Assembly: GCF_009914755.1 (NCBI RefSeq)
Contig: NC_060947.1
Direction: 5' to 3' (one strand)
Length of the DNA stretch: 64,000 nucleotides
Source of the DNA: the human T2T-CHM13v2.0 reference genome, Homo sapiens
The notes below the pieces were generated by a model. That model had not been told where the DNA came from, did not search any database, and saw only the letters and a list, made by a program, of their open reading frames with translations. This document shows positions 25,431 through 49,260 of this stretch, in pieces. The translations under genes and the position numbers were made by a program. Each line of letters starts with the position of its first letter. Position 1 is the stretch's first letter.

Positions 25431-27176
25431 CCTCCCAGGCCTCTTCCACTGCTTTAGTCCTGAGGGTCCACATACCCTTCATCCTGACTACACTCACTCT
25501 TTCACAATAACAGAGGCCTCTGCAATAAGCAGACACATCTCGCCCAGTGAGCTTAGAACATCTGGAACTCCGAGGTCCAAGCTGAATGACCGGTATTTAG
25601 GCTCTTTCGGCTTTTTATAGCCATTGGGGCCCAAGGATGCTGTGATAACCTAACAGTAGGTTGGAAGTGGGGCTCGGTGTTGTCTGCTCTAATCCTTGGC
25701 CAGGTCGTGGAGTAGGGGTGCTCATAGTGAGGGTGGGTGGTTCAGGGCCATTCACCCCTACAACTGGACATTTCTGTGACAGTAGTGCTCTCCTATGAAA
25801 TGTAAAAGTCACATTCGCAGCTTTCTCGGCCACTGAACACGATAGCAGTTTATAATAATCACAGAACAACTGAGGCTATTCACCTTTATATCCCTAATCC
25901 CTAGCACTTTGGCCCACAAGACACATTGGTTGTGGAGATGTCTATAGATTGAAGTAATAAATACGTGATGGGTGGAAGTTTTGGACAATAGCACCACCCA
26001 GTGTCTGTTGGAAGAGAAAATTGAGGATTCAGTATTTACTTGAAAGGACTAAACGTTCAAGATCATTTTCTGGATACTCACCCAGAACCTTAGAGCATTA
26101 AGGTAAGATGGAGGTAGAACTATGTCTTTAGCTTGCACCCCATGTGTGGTGGTATAGATCTATATAGATCGAAAGTCACTCTTTCCACAAGGATTTCTCA
26201 AGGCTTCCCCAGCTTACTTCATTCCCTTTTCTTTGCTTTTGTAGCACGTTGTGTTAATTTGAGAATTGTGTATGTTTGTTGGAGAAACTTTTAAAACAGA
26301 AAGATATGCTCATTCAACAAGTAATATTCATTGAGTACCTACAGTGTTCCTGGCATTAAATATAATAAACACCAGTGTTTTCACTACACAGATTTCAATG
26401 TTGTTAACATTTAGGTATACTTACTTTGTCTTTCTTTTAAGGACTAAAAGCGTTACAGAAAAAATTGAGGTTTCCTTGACCTTCACTTCATTTCCATTCC
26501 CCCTCCCACTTGCCCAGGGGTAGTCCTATCCTGAATGTGATGTGTAGCTTTCAGCGTATTTTTCTGTCATTACAGATTAATGTGATTTCTGTTTCCAGGA
26601 GCAAAATGAAGCATTGTTTGAACAAGTGATCCAAGGCTAAGACCACACCCCTTACTTCACTTGGGGTTGACAGGAAGCTCCAGACAACCACCCCTCCATA
26701 GCCCAAACCTCAAAATCCTGCCACCCTGGTCTGCCTTGAATCATTAGAACTTATCTAATGATGACATTTATCTCCATTTGTGCGAGTCACCCCAAGACAC
26801 CCTTCAACTCCTATATTCTAACTGCCATAAGGTTGTGTCCACATCCCCTCTTTAGTTCACTTTTCTCACCGCTCCTCTACTAATAAAACACAATACACCC
26901 TCGGTAATTCCTCCATATTTTAAGCCTCTTCTCTGAATTTCCCCTTCCATGAGGATTCCAGATCCCCTGAAGCCCACTCATGAGGAGCAGATGATTTTTC
27001 ACTCCTACCACCACTGTACCACAGATCCTAAAGCTTATGTAAGGGACTTTGCTGCTTCTCATTGCTGTCTTTAGATAGCAATTCCCCTCCTACCCCCCTA
27101 AAAACTTCCAGCTTTTGACAACTTATGTCATTGACTAGCCTTTGTTGTTGACATATAACAAATTTCAACTATTCCC

Positions 27177-27524
<348 letters not shown>

Positions 27525-28289
27525 CTACAACACAGTCATTCTCAAAGGTAGTTGTCCTGCTTTAATTCTTGGTAAATTCAAGAATGATAATTCTGACAAA
27601 CTGGCGTTTTCAGTTCCTTGAACATTTCTCCCCCATAACATCGTCCTCAACTCCACCTCAGTTACTCACACAGCCATAGTCTAGCCCTTGTCACTATAAT
27701 TATGGGAAACCCTCCATAATCTCAATTTTAAACATCCCTCTTTCTGACCATAACCTCCTCTCTTTTCAGCTAACTCATTTTGCACCTTTCTTTTGGTCTC
27801 CCCAGAATCTCCAATGCATTGATCTTATCAGATTTTCACTATCTCTTCTTCCCTTTATTGTATTCTCTCCCCTCCTTCCCTAGCTCAAATGTCATGTTCA
27901 GTCTTTACAATCACTTATCTACATATACCCTCCACTGTCCTGCCTTTTCAGTTTGTATTGCTTCATAGGAAAAATAACAACCCTGGCTAAATTCAACTAC
28001 ACTTCAACAAGCCTGAGCCTACAAAGAGAAATCTGGCCAAAGGAAAATACATAACTACATGACTCATTTCAATTTAAATTCATGACTATTAACTTAAATC
28101 AGACTCTTAATATTAATAGGCACTCATTCTTTAGACCTTCTGGTCCTTAACTTTCTGACTATTTTAACTTACTACTTCATAGCTTCTCTCCCATCAAACT
28201 CTCTATACCACCTCTCCATCCCAACTCTTCTCTTGCTTTCTATTTATACTAGAAAAGTGTAGCCCTCAGAAGAACACTTCCACAGACCC

Positions 28290-28842
28290 TATATTAGTCA
28301 GGGTTCTCTAGAGGGACAGAACTAATAGGATATATGTATATGAAAGGGAGTTTATTAAAGAGAATTGACCCACATGATCACAAAGTGAAGTCCCACAATA
28401 GGCCATCTGCAAGCTGAGGAGCAAGGAAACCAGTAGTGACCCAGTCTGAGTCCCAAAACCTCAAAAGTAGGGAAGCCAACAGTTCAGCCTTCAGTCTGTG
28501 GCCAAAGGCCCGAGAGTCCCTGGCAAACCGCTAGTATAAGTCCAAGAGTCCAAAAGCCGAAGAACTTGGAGTCTGATGTTAGAGGGCAGGAAGCATCTAG
28601 CAAGGGAGAAAGATGAAGGCCGGAAGACTCAGCAGGTCTGCTCATTCCACTTTCTGCCTGCTTTTTCTAGCCACGCTGGCAGCCAGTTGGATGGTGCCCA
28701 CCCAGATTGAGAGTGGGTCTGCCTCTCCGAGTCCACTGACTCAAATGTTAATCGCCTCTGGCAACACCCTCACAGACACACCCAGAAACAATATTTTGCA
28801 TCCTTCAATCCAATCAAGTTGACACTTAATATTAACCATCAC
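28290..28842 (-). mobile_element. MLT2A/B LTR (ERVL)
   Basis: tattagtcagggttctctagagggacagaac...caagttgacacttaatattaaccatcac. Confidence 0.9.
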
Positions 28843-30619
28843 GGAACCCTACCACCACATCACTTCACCTACCTGCACCTGCCTACATATATATGACTTT
28901 CCTGTTGATATCATACATGAAATTTCCAGACTCCTGTCTAAAAGTTCCCCTCCTTTCCCACTAGATCTCTTTCTCTCAAACCAATTCAGTGACGTTGCTA
29001 CCATCTTTCTCTCCATTATGTCTAGCATCATCAATATTGTACTCTCTACTGTATCGTTTCTCTCAGGATACAATTGTACTCTTATTTCCTATCTATCTAC
29101 CTATCTGTCTATACACACATTATTATATATGTGTATATGTTTATATATATACACACATTCTTTTTATGTGTACATATTCTTGACTTCAATCCTTCTACCT
29201 ACCATTACCCCATTTCTTTGTTCCCCTTTGATGGAAATCTTTTACAGTTACATATGATATATGTTTTCATGTTCAGTGTAAGGCATTATTTGAACCAGGA
29301 CTCCTGACCTAAGACCACAATCCCCTAGGCTTTCTATCTACATCAATCTAGCATCAAGAAGGATCCCCAAAAATCATCCTTCCTTATCCTCCATTTTCTC
29401 TGTCTATTCTATTTCTCATTCCCTCTGTTCCAGATGTGGCCTCCCTCTTATTCCTCAGACAAGCCATGCTCACTATTGTGTTAGGGCCCTTACAATATCT
29501 ATTCTGTATGTCAAGAAAGTTATTTCCTCAGATATCCAGTGTGACTACTCTGTCATCCTCTTTTAACAGTTGCCTATTTCCAATTTTTCTTCTCCTGGTC
29601 TCTCTTGAACATATTCCAATCAGGTATTCACCTCTTCCACTCAACTGAAATTACTTTTGTCAAGGTCATGAATGGCTTTCACATGGCTCAATACAATGGT
29701 CAATTCTTAATCCCTCATTTTGAACTATCAGCAGCATTTGGCATAGTTGATGAGTGAGTTCTTCTCACTTCACTTACATTGCATGGCTTCCAGGACACTG
29801 CACTCTCCTATTTTATCCATCCTCACTAGCTCTTCCTCTTCTCCCAGACCTGTTTAAATGGGAGTGACCCAGGACTCAGTCCCTGTTCTTCTACTCATTT
29901 CTATCTACACTTCCCTGGTGATATCTCCCAGTCCAGTAGCTATAGAAAACATTTTTATGTTAACAATTTCTATATTCATGTCGGCAGGCCAGATCTGCAT
30001 CCTAAACTCCAGTCTGATATATACAACTGCCTACTCAGCACCTCCACTCAGATGTCTTATAGACATCTCAAATGCAAAATGTCACACACTAAACTACTAA
30101 TCTTTTCTCCAAAACCCACTCCTCCTACAGCCTTCCCCATCTCAATTGATGGCAACTCCATCATCCATATGGTCATGTCAAAAATCTTGATATCATCCTC
30201 AATTCCTCCCTTTCTTTTACACTACACATCCGATCCATCAGGAAATTATTGTGGCTGCACTCAAAATGCATCCAAAATCTAACCATTTATCATCTCCATT
30301 TGTATGCATAAAGTCTAATCCACCATCATATCTCATCTGGATAACTGGAGTAGTTTTTGGCAGATCTCTCTACTTCAGCTCTTGCTCCCTAGTTTTTGTA
30401 TTCTCAACATAGAACCTAAAGTGATTATGTTAAAAATATAAATCAAATCATGGTGCTCCTCTACTCAAAGTCCTGCAAAGGCACCTTATTCTCCTCAGAG
30501 TTAGAGTCAACGTTCCTTAAAAAAAAAAAAACACATTTTCTGGCTCACCATCATTTCTCTGACCCATCTATCTACTCTCTTCCTCACTCACTTTGCCCCA
30601 TCCATGACCTCCTTACTAT

Positions 30620-34478
<3,859 letters not shown>

Positions 34479-34789
34479 GATGTCTGCTCCCTCTGGAAGG
34501 TGTGTTCTTTTCCAGGATAACCACTTGTTTAAACTCTCAATATCTTAAAGGCTCAAATTTCACTGTTTTAATGAGACCTACCTGAATCTATTTAATATTG
34601 CCACCTGCCAACCCTATTTTTTCCATCCCCTCACCCTACTTTGCTGTTTCATTTCAGCAGTAAATGTTCCGCTATTAAAACATAAGATCCATGAGGGCAA
34701 AGATCTCTGTTTTGTTCACCAATCCCATGTACCAAGGACTGTGCACACAGTGAAGATTTGTTAAATGAATTATTTTCTGGTGATTTTGC

Positions 34790-37949
<3,160 letters not shown>

Positions 37950-37950
<1 letters not shown>

Positions 37951-40310
37951 ACTTTCAATTTTCTGTACAACATATAAGGAGCTATTCTTCCCAACCTCAC
38001 AATACGACAAAAGCAGAATAAGCTGAAAATCAACAACTCTTCCTAGAGCCATCAGAGAATTGAGGTCACAGTGCAAACCACTACCTGCAAAATTGGAAAG
38101 ACAGGTGAACACAGAGAATCAATGCTTATCAGAGTAGAAACCAAGAAATAAAAGTGAGTCATTGGATTGAGTGCCTGGGTAGGAAAACTTTGACTACAAT
38201 TGATAGGTTGCTGGAAGCTCAGTGTGGACAAGCTTGAGAGCAACCAGGAGGCCCAGTCATAGGGGAGCCCCCACATGTTAATGAGTTTTCCTTTCAGGAG
38301 CCTTACCAGGATCTCAGATGGCAGATCAGACAAACATTCCCTAATGCTTTCAGCAAGAAGAAAGGAAGAGTAACCATGTTGAAATATGCCTAGTACATTC
38401 TCTTTTTCTTAATAAAAGCCTTCCCTTGTGGGAAACTATTTTACCAGAGCTTGTCTTGAATATTACCAGAGCCTAACCTACCTGGGGAAAGGGAAATACC
38501 TCACTACAGTCTCTTTTAGCCTTTAATGTAGGGTACCAAGAAAAAAACTCCACTGAGGTCCCATTTAGAATTTCTATCTCACTAATAGGTGAAGAGAGGA
38601 GACTAATAAACATGTTTGAAGATCACAGCCTTTTAACACAGGAGCCACATCAGTAGGGCTCCTGTGTTATAACAGGGAAACAATAGAAAGAACTATGTAT
38701 CTCAGACCTTATTTAAGGAAAAGTATTTAGGGAAACTCAAAGACAATAGAAGATATAAAAATAGGGACACAAAAGGAAATTTTAGCATATAACACCTATC
38801 ACTACAGCAAAGAGTAAACATAGCCCAACTCCTAGCCAGATAAACAGAAAAGCTCATACTAAAGGCCTATTTACCTGAGTTCTTTTTACCCATGTCTGAC
38901 TTTCAACAACAATTACAAGGCATACCAAAAGACAAAAGACGCAGTTTGAAGAGAGAGAGCAAACATTGAAACAAGACTTAGATATGGCAGAGATTTTGGA
39001 ATTATCAGACTGGGCATTTAAAATAATTATGGTTAATATGCTAATGGTTCTAATGGAAAAAGTGGACAGCATGGAAGATCAGAAGAGTAATGTAAGTATA
39101 GAGATGAAAACTCTAAGAAATAATTTTTTAATGCTAGAAATGAAAAACACCATAACAGAAATAAAGAATGTCTTTGATTGGCTCATCAGTAGAATGGACA
39201 CAGATAAGGAAAGAATCAGTGAGACTGAAGATAGGTCAATAGAAATTTCTGAAAAAAAATGAAAAAAATTAAGAAAATAAACAGAAGAAAGAACACAAAA
39301 TCTGTGGGACAATTACAAAAAGTTTAACATATGCATAATGGGTGTACCAGAAGGAAAAGAAATAATAAAGGAAAATAAGAAATATTTGAAAGGATAATGT
39401 CTGAGAGTTTTTCAAAATTAGCTACAAAAACCAAACCATGAATTCAAGAAGCTCAGAGATTACCAAGCAGAATAAATACTTTTTAAAATATTCACACCTA
39501 GGTATATTATACTCAAGTTGCAGAAAATTAAAGACAGAGAAAATCTTGAATGTAACCAGAGGGGGGAAAAATCTATAGAAAATCAAGGATACTAATTACA
39601 TAGGACTTCTCTTCAGGAACATGCAAACAAGAAGGGAGTGGAGTGGAATACTTAAGTTGAAAGAAAACCCTCACCAACCTAGAATTCTGTATTCAAGTCA
39701 AGGCTATTAAGCTTCCAAAATGAAGGAGAAAGACTTTCTCAGATAAGCCAAAGGAAAAAAAAAACATGAGGGAATTTGTTGCCAGTAGACCTGCCTTGCA
39801 AGAAATGTTAAAAGAACTTCTTAATAAAAGGAAAACTATATTGTTCAGAAGATTGATCTGCATGAATAAAAGAATATTAGAGAATGAATAAAGGTAAAAT
39901 AAAATATTTTAATTTTCTTATTTGATTTAAATGGCAACAATGTATTCAGTGATTACAATTTATGGGTAAGTGAAATGAGTGACATCAATGTTATAAGGAA
40001 TGGGAGTGAGGAATTGGGAATACTCTGTTATAAGCTACTTGCACTATCCATGAAGCAGTATACTGTTTTTTGAAAGTGGACTTGGATTAGCTGTGAATGT
40101 ATATTACAAACTCTAGGATTACCACTTAAAAATTTTTAAAAAATAAGTATTATTGATATGTAAAGAGAGGAGAGAAAAAGAATTTATATAAAATGCTTAC
40201 ATAAAAGCAAAGAATGCAGGAAAAGAGTGTAAGACCAAAAAAGAAACAAAGAAGAAGGGCAAGTATAAAAAGAGTAAAACTAGGGTCGATATAAATTCAA
40301 CTATTCATGT
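37950..40310 (+). mobile_element. Old L1M 5'UTR/ORF1 fragment
   Basis: ORF 38966..39262 is an ORF1 coiled-coil-like sequence (ILELSD..EMKNTITEIKNVFDWLISRMD..ERISETEDR). Confidence 0.8.
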
Positions 40311-43300
40311 GTGATCAGCAAGAGACATGCTTTGTCTAGGACAAGCATAGATTGAAAATGAGGTGGGCAGAGCAACATGGCAGAATAGAAGCCTACACCA
40401 TTTGTCCCCACACTGGAACACCAACTTTAACAACTATCTACACCCAGAAAAGCATAGTCGCAAGAACCAAAAATCAGGTAAGCAATTACAGTACCTGGTT
40501 TTAACTTCATATCGATAAAAGAGGCATTGAAGAGGGCAGCAGAGATGGTTTGTTGCCTCCCTCATACCGGGCAGCAGGTGTGCAGTGCCAAGAGGGAATC
40601 TGTGCACTTTGGGTAGGAAGAGTGCAGCAACTGGGGGACTGTAAATTGAACTCAGTGCTGCCCTGTCATAGAGCAGAATAAAGCCATGCTGGTCTAAGCC
40701 AGCACACAGAATAAGCATTTGGACTAGACCTAGCCAGAGGATAATTGCCTGTCCCAGCAGCTAGAACTTGAGTTTCTTGGCAAACCTCACCACTGCAAGC
40801 TGAAGAGCTCTGGGTTCCTAGGTAAACTTGAAATGCAATCTAGGACACAAGGACTGCAATCCTTAGGAAATTCCCAGTGCTAGGTTGGGCTTATAGCTAG
40901 TGAACTAGGGTGGCATGTGACCTAGGGAGACACCAGCTGGTATGGCTTAAGGAAGTGCTTGCACCATCCCTCCCCCAACCCCAGGTAGTACAGCTTGCAG
41001 CAATGAAAGTGAGTCCTTTCTTCTGCTTAAGGAGAGGAGAGGGAATAGTAAAGAGGACTTTGTCTTGCATCTTGAATATCACTTCAGCCACAGTAGTATA
41101 GGGCACCGTGCAGAGTTGAGACCCCCATTCCAGGCCCTGGCTCCTGGATGACAATTCTAGGCACACACTGGCAAAATGGGAACCCACTGCTTTGAAGGGA
41201 AGGACCCAGCCCTGGCAGGATGCATCACTTCCTGACTAAGGAGCCCTTGGGCCGTTAATAACCAGCAGTGATACCCACAGAGTACACTGTTGGCCTTGGG
41301 CTCTGAGACGTGCTGGCTTCAGGGATGACCCAGAACATTCCCAGCTGCGGTGGCTATGGTGAAAGACCCCTTCTGTTTGAGAAAAAGAGAGGGGAAAGTA
41401 AAGGGAACTTTGTCTTGCACCTTAGGTACCAGCTTGGCCACATTAGGGTAGAACAAGGAAGTTCTTGGGGTCACCAAGTCCAGGCCTAGGCTTTTAAACA
41501 GCATTTCTGAACTTACCCTGGGCCAGAGGGGAGCCCAGTGCTCTGAAGGGTGAGCCCAGTCCTGGCAGCATTTATTATATGCTGACAGAAGAGACCTTGG
41601 GCTTTATGTGAACATCACTAGTAGCCTGGCAGAACCCCTGTGGACCAGTGGTGGCGGTGGCCACAGGGAGAGGCTCTACTGACTGTGGAAAGGGGAGGGA
41701 AGAGCAAGGAGGATTTGGTATTGTGGTGTGAGTGCCAGCTTAGCCACAGTAAAATAGAACATCATGTCAACTGCTAAGGTTTTTGACTCCTATCCCTGGA
41801 TCCCAGACAGCATCTCTGGAAACACCCGGGGCATGGGGGAAGTTGCCACCCTAAAAGGAAGGGCCTTGGGAAAGACCTCAGTGCTGTGCTGGATTCAGAT
41901 CTGACCCAGCACAATCCTAGTGGTGGTGGCCACAGTGGCACTTGCATCACCACAGTCCCAGGTCTAGGTAGCTCAGCACAGAGAGGGAGACTCGGTTTGG
42001 GATAAAGTAAGGAAAAAGAACAAGAGTTTCTGCCTGGTGTAATACAGAGAATTTTTCCAAATCTTACCCAAGTCTACCAACACGGTACCTCTATGAGTCT
42101 GAAATAAACATAGTATTATCTGGCTCTAGGCCCAAGTCTCTTTGAATACCTGGAAAGCCTTCCCAAGAAGGATGGGCATGAATAAGCCCAGATTGTGAAG
42201 AATACAATAAATACCTAACTCTCCAATACCCGGACACAGATGAACATCTACACGCATCAACATCATCTAGGGAAATATAGCCTCACTAAATGAACTAAAT
42301 AAGGCACCAGGAACTAATCCTGGAGAATGAGAGATATATGACTTTTCAGAGAATCTAAAATACCTGTTTTGAGGAAACAAAAAAAAACTCAAGATAACAC
42401 AGAGAAAGAATTCAAAATTCTATCAGGCAAATTCAACAAAGAGACTGAAATAGTTAAAAAGAATCAAGCAGAAATTCTAGAATTGAAAAATTCAATTGGC
42501 ATATTGAAGAATGTCTTTTAATCGTAGAATGGAACAAGCAGAAGAAAGAATTAGTCAGCTTGAAGACAGGCTATTTGAAAATACACAGTCAGAGGAGACA
42601 AAAAGAACAAGAATGAATTACAATGAGCTGTGCCTAAAAGATCTAGAAAATAGCTTCAAAAGGGCAATTCCAAGAGTTACTGGCCTTAAAGAGGAGGCAG
42701 AGAAATAGATGGGGTAGAATGTTTATTCAAAGGGATAACAACGGAGAACTTCCCAAATCTACAGAAAGATATCAACATTCAAGAATGCCAAGCAGATTTA
42801 ACCGTAAGAAGACTATCTCAAGGCATTTAATAATCAAACTCCCCAAAATCAAGGATACAGAAAGGATCATAAAGGCAGCAAGAGGAAAAATAATAATAAT
42901 AAAAATAAATAACATACAATGGAGCTCCAATATGTCTGGCAGCAGACTTTTCAGTGGAAACCTTAAATGCCATGAGAGAGTGGCATGACATATTTAAAGT
43001 GCTGAAGGAAAATAACTTTTACCCTAGAATAGTACGTCTGGCAAAAATAGCCTACAAACATGAAGGAGAAATAAAGACCTTCCAAGACAAACAAAAGCCG
43101 AGGGAATTCATCAACACCAAACCTGTCCTACAAGAAATTCTGAGGGCATTCTTCAATCTGAAAGAAAAGGATGTTAATGAGCAAGAGGAAATCATCTGAA
43201 GGTACAAAACTCACTGGTAATAGTAAGCACACAGAATATTATAACACTGTAACTGTGGTGTGTAAACTACTCAAGTAGAAAGATTAAATGATGAACCCAT

Positions 43301-43317
43301 CAAAAATAATAAATACA

Positions 43318-44335
<1,018 letters not shown>

Positions 44336-46884
44336 TTAGTTTTCTTTTTACATGTTTGTTTGTTTATGCAATCAGTGTTATCAGCAGTTTAAAATAGTGG
44401 GTAGTATGATTGAATTTGCAAGCCTCATGGTAAGTTCAAGTTGAAAAACATAAAACATACACCAAAAATGGAAAAAATTAAAGCATACCATCAGAGAAAA
44501 ACACCTTCACTAAAAGGAAAATGGGAACAAAGGAAAGAAGGAAGACAAGACTGTTAAACAACCAGAAAACAAATAACAAAATGGAAGGAGTAAGTCCCTA
44601 CTTATCAATAATAACATTAAATGTAAATGGACTAAACTCACCAATCGAAAGACATAGAGTGGCTGAATGGATGAAAAAAAAAAAAAGTAGAACTATTACA
44701 TGCTTCGCCTATAAAAACACACGTAGACTAGAAATAAAGGGATGGAAAAAGATATTCCATGCCAGTGGAAACCAAAAAAAGAGCAGGAGTAGCTATACCT
44801 GTATCAGACAAAATACATTTCTAGACAAAAACTGTAAGGAGAGGCAAACAAAGTCATTATATAATGATGGAATCAATTTAGCAAGAGGATATAATTGCAG
44901 ATATACATGCACCCAACAATGGAGCACTCAGAAATATAAAGCAAATACTATTAAAGCTAAAGACAGAGATAGGCCCCAGTAAAATAATAGCTGGAGACCT
45001 CAACACCCCACTTTCAGCATTGGACAGATCTTCCAGACATAAAATCAACAAAGAAACAACTGACTTAATCTGCAGTATAGAACAAATGAACCCAATATAT
45101 ATTTACATAACATTTCATCAAACAGCTTCAGAATACACATTCTTCTACTTAGCACATGGATCATTCTCAAGAATAGACCATGTGTTAGGTCACAAAATAA
45201 GTCTTAACACATTCAAAAAATGGAAATAATGTCAAGCATCTTCTTTAACCACCATAGAATAAGACTAGAAATCAATAACAAGATGAATTTTGGAAATGAT
45301 AAAAACATATGGAAATTAAGCAATATGTTCCAGAATGACCAGTGGATCAATAAAAAAATTAAGAAGGAAATTGAAAAATTTCTTGAAGCAAATGATAATG
45401 GAAACACAACATACTAAAACCTATGGGATACAGCAAAAGCAGTACTAAGAGGGGAATGGATAGCTATAAATGCCTACATCAAAAAAGAAGAAAACCTTCA
45501 AATAAATACCTAATGATGCACTTAAAGAACTAGAAAAACAAGAGCAAACCAAATACAAAATCAGGAGAAGAAAATAAATATAAGGATTAGAACAGAAATA
45601 AATGAATTTGAAATGACAAAAAATGAAAAAAGATCAATGAAACAAAAAGGTGGTTTTTTGAAAACTTAAAATTGACAAACCTTTAGCCAGACTCAGGAAG
45701 AAAGAAAGGGAGAAGACCCAAATAAATAAAATTGGAGGTGAAAAGGGAGTCATTACAACCAACATCACAGAAATTCAAAGAATCATTAGTGGCTACTATG
45801 AACAACTATATGCCAATAAATTTGAAAATCTAAAGGAGATGGATAATTTCCTTGACATGCAGTATAGTAAGATTGAACCATGAGCAAATCCAAAACCTAA
45901 ACATATCAATAACAAGTAACAGGATTGAACCCATAATGAAAAGATCCCTAGCAAAGTAAAGCCCATGACCCAATGGCTTCACTGCTGAATTCTACCAAAC
46001 ATTTAAAGAAGAACCAATACCAATCTTACTCAAAATGTTCCAAAAAATAGAGGCAGAGGGAATAATTTCAAGCTCATTCTATTAAGCCAGTGTTACCCTG
46101 ATACCAAAACCAGGCAAAGACACATTAGGAAAAGAAAACTACAGGCCAATAGCTCTGATGAATGTTGATGCAAAAATCTTCAACAAAATACTAGCAAACA
46201 GAATTGAACTATACTTCAAAAAGATCTTTTATCATGACCCAGTGGGATTTATCCCAGGGATGCAAAAATGATTCCAAAAATGTAAATAAATCAGTGTGAT
46301 ACCTTATATCAACAGAAAAAAGGACAAAAACATGTAATCATTACAATGGGTGCTGAAAAAGCATTTAGTAAAGTTCAACATCCCTTCTTGATTAAAAAAA
46401 CCTCTCAAAAAACTACGGATAGAAGGAACATATCTTAACATAATAAAAGCCATATACAACAGACTCACAGCTAGTATCATACTGAATGGGGAAAAACTGA
46501 AAGCCTTTCCCCTAAGATCTAGACATGACAAGGATGTCCGATGTCAACACTGTTATTCGACATAGCACTGTGAGTCCTAGCTAGAGAAATCAGACATGAC
46601 AAAGATATAAAGGCATCCAAATTGGAAAGGGAGAAGTCAAATTATCCTTATTTATAGATGGTATGATCTGTATTTGTAAAACCTGAAAGACTCCACAAGA
46701 AAACTATTAGAACTGATCAACAAATTCAGTAAAGTTGCAGGATACAAAATCAACACGATAAAATCAGTAGCATGCGAGCAATTTGAAAAAGAAATTTAAA
46801 AAGTAATCCCATTTATCATAAGCACACATAAAATTAAATACCTAGGAATTAACCAAAGAAGTAAAAGATCACTATGCTGAAAAC

Positions 46885-48105
46885 TCAGTTTTTATCTGCA
46901 AATGTCTTTATTTCACCTTCATATTTGAAGGATATTTTTGCCAGATATACTATTCTAGGGTAAAAATTATTATCCTTTTGAATAAACTTTCTATCCCAAT
47001 CTCCTTCTTTACCTCCTTTTTAAAGCTAACATCTCCTTCTCTACCTACTCTTTAAGCCCAATAACTCTTAGATTTGCCCTTTTCATGCTATTTTCTAGAT
47101 CCTGTAGGCATGCTTCGTTGTTTTGTATTTCTTTTCTTTTGTCACTTGTGACTATGTATTTTGAAATAGACTGTCTTCAGGCTCACTAATTCTTGTGATC
47201 AATTCTGCTATTAATGCATTCTTCAGTATGCAGCTCCAAAATTTCTGCCTGATTCTTTTTAATTATTTCAATGTCTTTGTTAAATTTATCTGATAGAATT
47301 TTGAATTCCTTCTCTGTGGTATCCTGAATTTCATTAAGTTTCCTCAAAACAGCTATTTCAACTTCTCTGTCTGAAAGGTCACACATCTCTGTTTTTCCAA
47401 GATTGGTCCCTGGTGCCTTATTTAGTTTGGTGAGGTTATGTTTCCCTGGCTGCTCTTGATGCTTGTTGATATTGGTTGGTTTTTGGGCATTGAAAAGTTA
47501 GGTATTTATTGTACTCTTCACAATCTGGGGAAGGCTTTCCAGGTATTTTAAGGAACTTGGGCCCCAAGCTGTATAACACTGTGGTTCTTGCAGACTCGTA
47601 GAAGTAACACCTGTTGGTCTTGGTTAAGATTCGGAAGAATTCCCTGGATTACAAGGCAGACACTCTTGTTCTCTTCCCTTACATTCTCCCAAACAATCAA
47701 TCTCTCTCTCTCTCTCTTCCTCCCCCTATCAAATGGCCTGGAGCTGGGGGCGGGGTGACACAAGCACCCCTGTGGCCATCACCACTGGAACTGCCCTGAG
47801 TCAGACCTGAAGCTAGCACAGCACTGGGTCTCTCCCAAGGCAAGCTGTACCAACTACCTGGCCACCACCTGTGTTTGCTCAAGGCTCTAGAGCTCTACAA
47901 TCAGCAGATGGCAAAGCCAGCCAGGCCTGTGTCCTACCCTTCAGGATGATGAGTTCCCCAAGGCCCCATGTGGATCCAGGGATGCTGTGTGATTATGGAT
48001 TTTTGTGAAGGTGCTTTTCTGTGTGCAGATAGTTGTAAAATTTGGCATTCCTGCAAGGGGAATGATCAGTGGAGCCTTCTATTCTGCCATCTTGCTCCAT
48101 CCTCC
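46885..48105 (-). mobile_element. Second L1MA/L1M1-type 5'UTR/ORF1 fragment, internally deleted
   Basis: ORF 47186..47386 is ORF1-like; 5' end aagatggcagaatagaagg on minus strand. Confidence 0.85.
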
Positions 48106-48859
48106 AATTTCTTTTTGTTTTCTGGGATTTTGTTTTTTTGTTTTGTTTTGTTTTTTGTTTTTACTTAGCATGTATAACCTTAAATATTTAATATAATATA
48201 CTTATTTTGTTGACTATGTATTATCTGTCTCTCAACTACTCCCCACCCCCATCCCAGAATGTACACGCTCAGTGACATTTCCCAAGAATCTAGAACAGTA
48301 TTTGGCACCAAGTGTGCTCAATTCTTAGTGGAAAGCATTAAGAATAAATTAAAAAGATAAAAAGTAAGGATAACACAAAACTCTATTACTGAGGTTCAAA
48401 TATATAGAAGCTTAAAAAACACATACAAATATATGTTTAGTAAAATAAATTTTAAGAAAAACAGAAAAACAAGAGTAGTAAGTCCTTAACAAAGTTTTGA
48501 GTTGACTCTGGCTTCCTATAGATATTTCTAGTCAATTTTATTAAGTCCATTTTATTTTTATATGTCTACTGAGATTTGTCTATTACATTGTGAAAATAGT
48601 AAAAGCAAACTAGAGGGATAGAAAAAAAATATGAGGAGTTAAGCTGACCTAACATAAATAAATTTTGATAGCTATATAATTAGAGAAATTAACAAGGAAA
48701 TGACACTATAGTCTCATATATGGTGTGAAGTAAGTCCAATACTATACTTAAAAAGACTGGAAAGATAATAACATTTCAAAGAATCTGTAAAAGTCTGAAG
48801 CACATATTATATTACTAAGTGGTGAGTGAAGACTCCCCATTTTATTCTTGTAAGTGGCT

Positions 48860-49260
48860 GTATCAGTCAGGATTCTCCAGAGAAATAGAACCAGTATATA
48901 TTTTCAAAGAATATATATTTTCAAAGTATTTTTAATTTAAATTTATTTGAAAGAATTGGCTTATGCAATTGTAGGGGCTGGCAAGTTTGAAGTTCATAGA
49001 GCAGGCCAGCAGGCTCATACAGGAGCTGATACAGTCTTGCATCAGAATCTTTCTTTATCTGGGAAACCTCAGTTTTTGCTCGTGAAGCCTTTCAGCTGGC
49101 TAGATGAAGCCCACTCATATTATTGAAAGTAATATCCTTTACTTAAAGCCAACTGATTGCAACTGCTAACCACATCTACAAGAAAACCTACACAGCAATG
49201 CCTGGATTGCTGTTTGATTAAATAACTGAGTATTATAGCCTAGCCAAGTTGACACATCAC
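48860..49260 (-). mobile_element. MLT2 (MLT2D-like) LTR
   Basis: tgtatcagtcaggattctccagagaa...gccaagttgacacat. Confidence 0.8.

Noticed and set aside
24796-25536. Overlapping 68-166 aa ORFs on both strands
   Set aside because: Expected stop-codon scarcity in a CpG island; no recognisable domains
40900-42050. Three degenerate ~350-bp repeats (ggactttgtcttgca...)
   Set aside because: Ordinary repeated structure of old L1 5'UTRs
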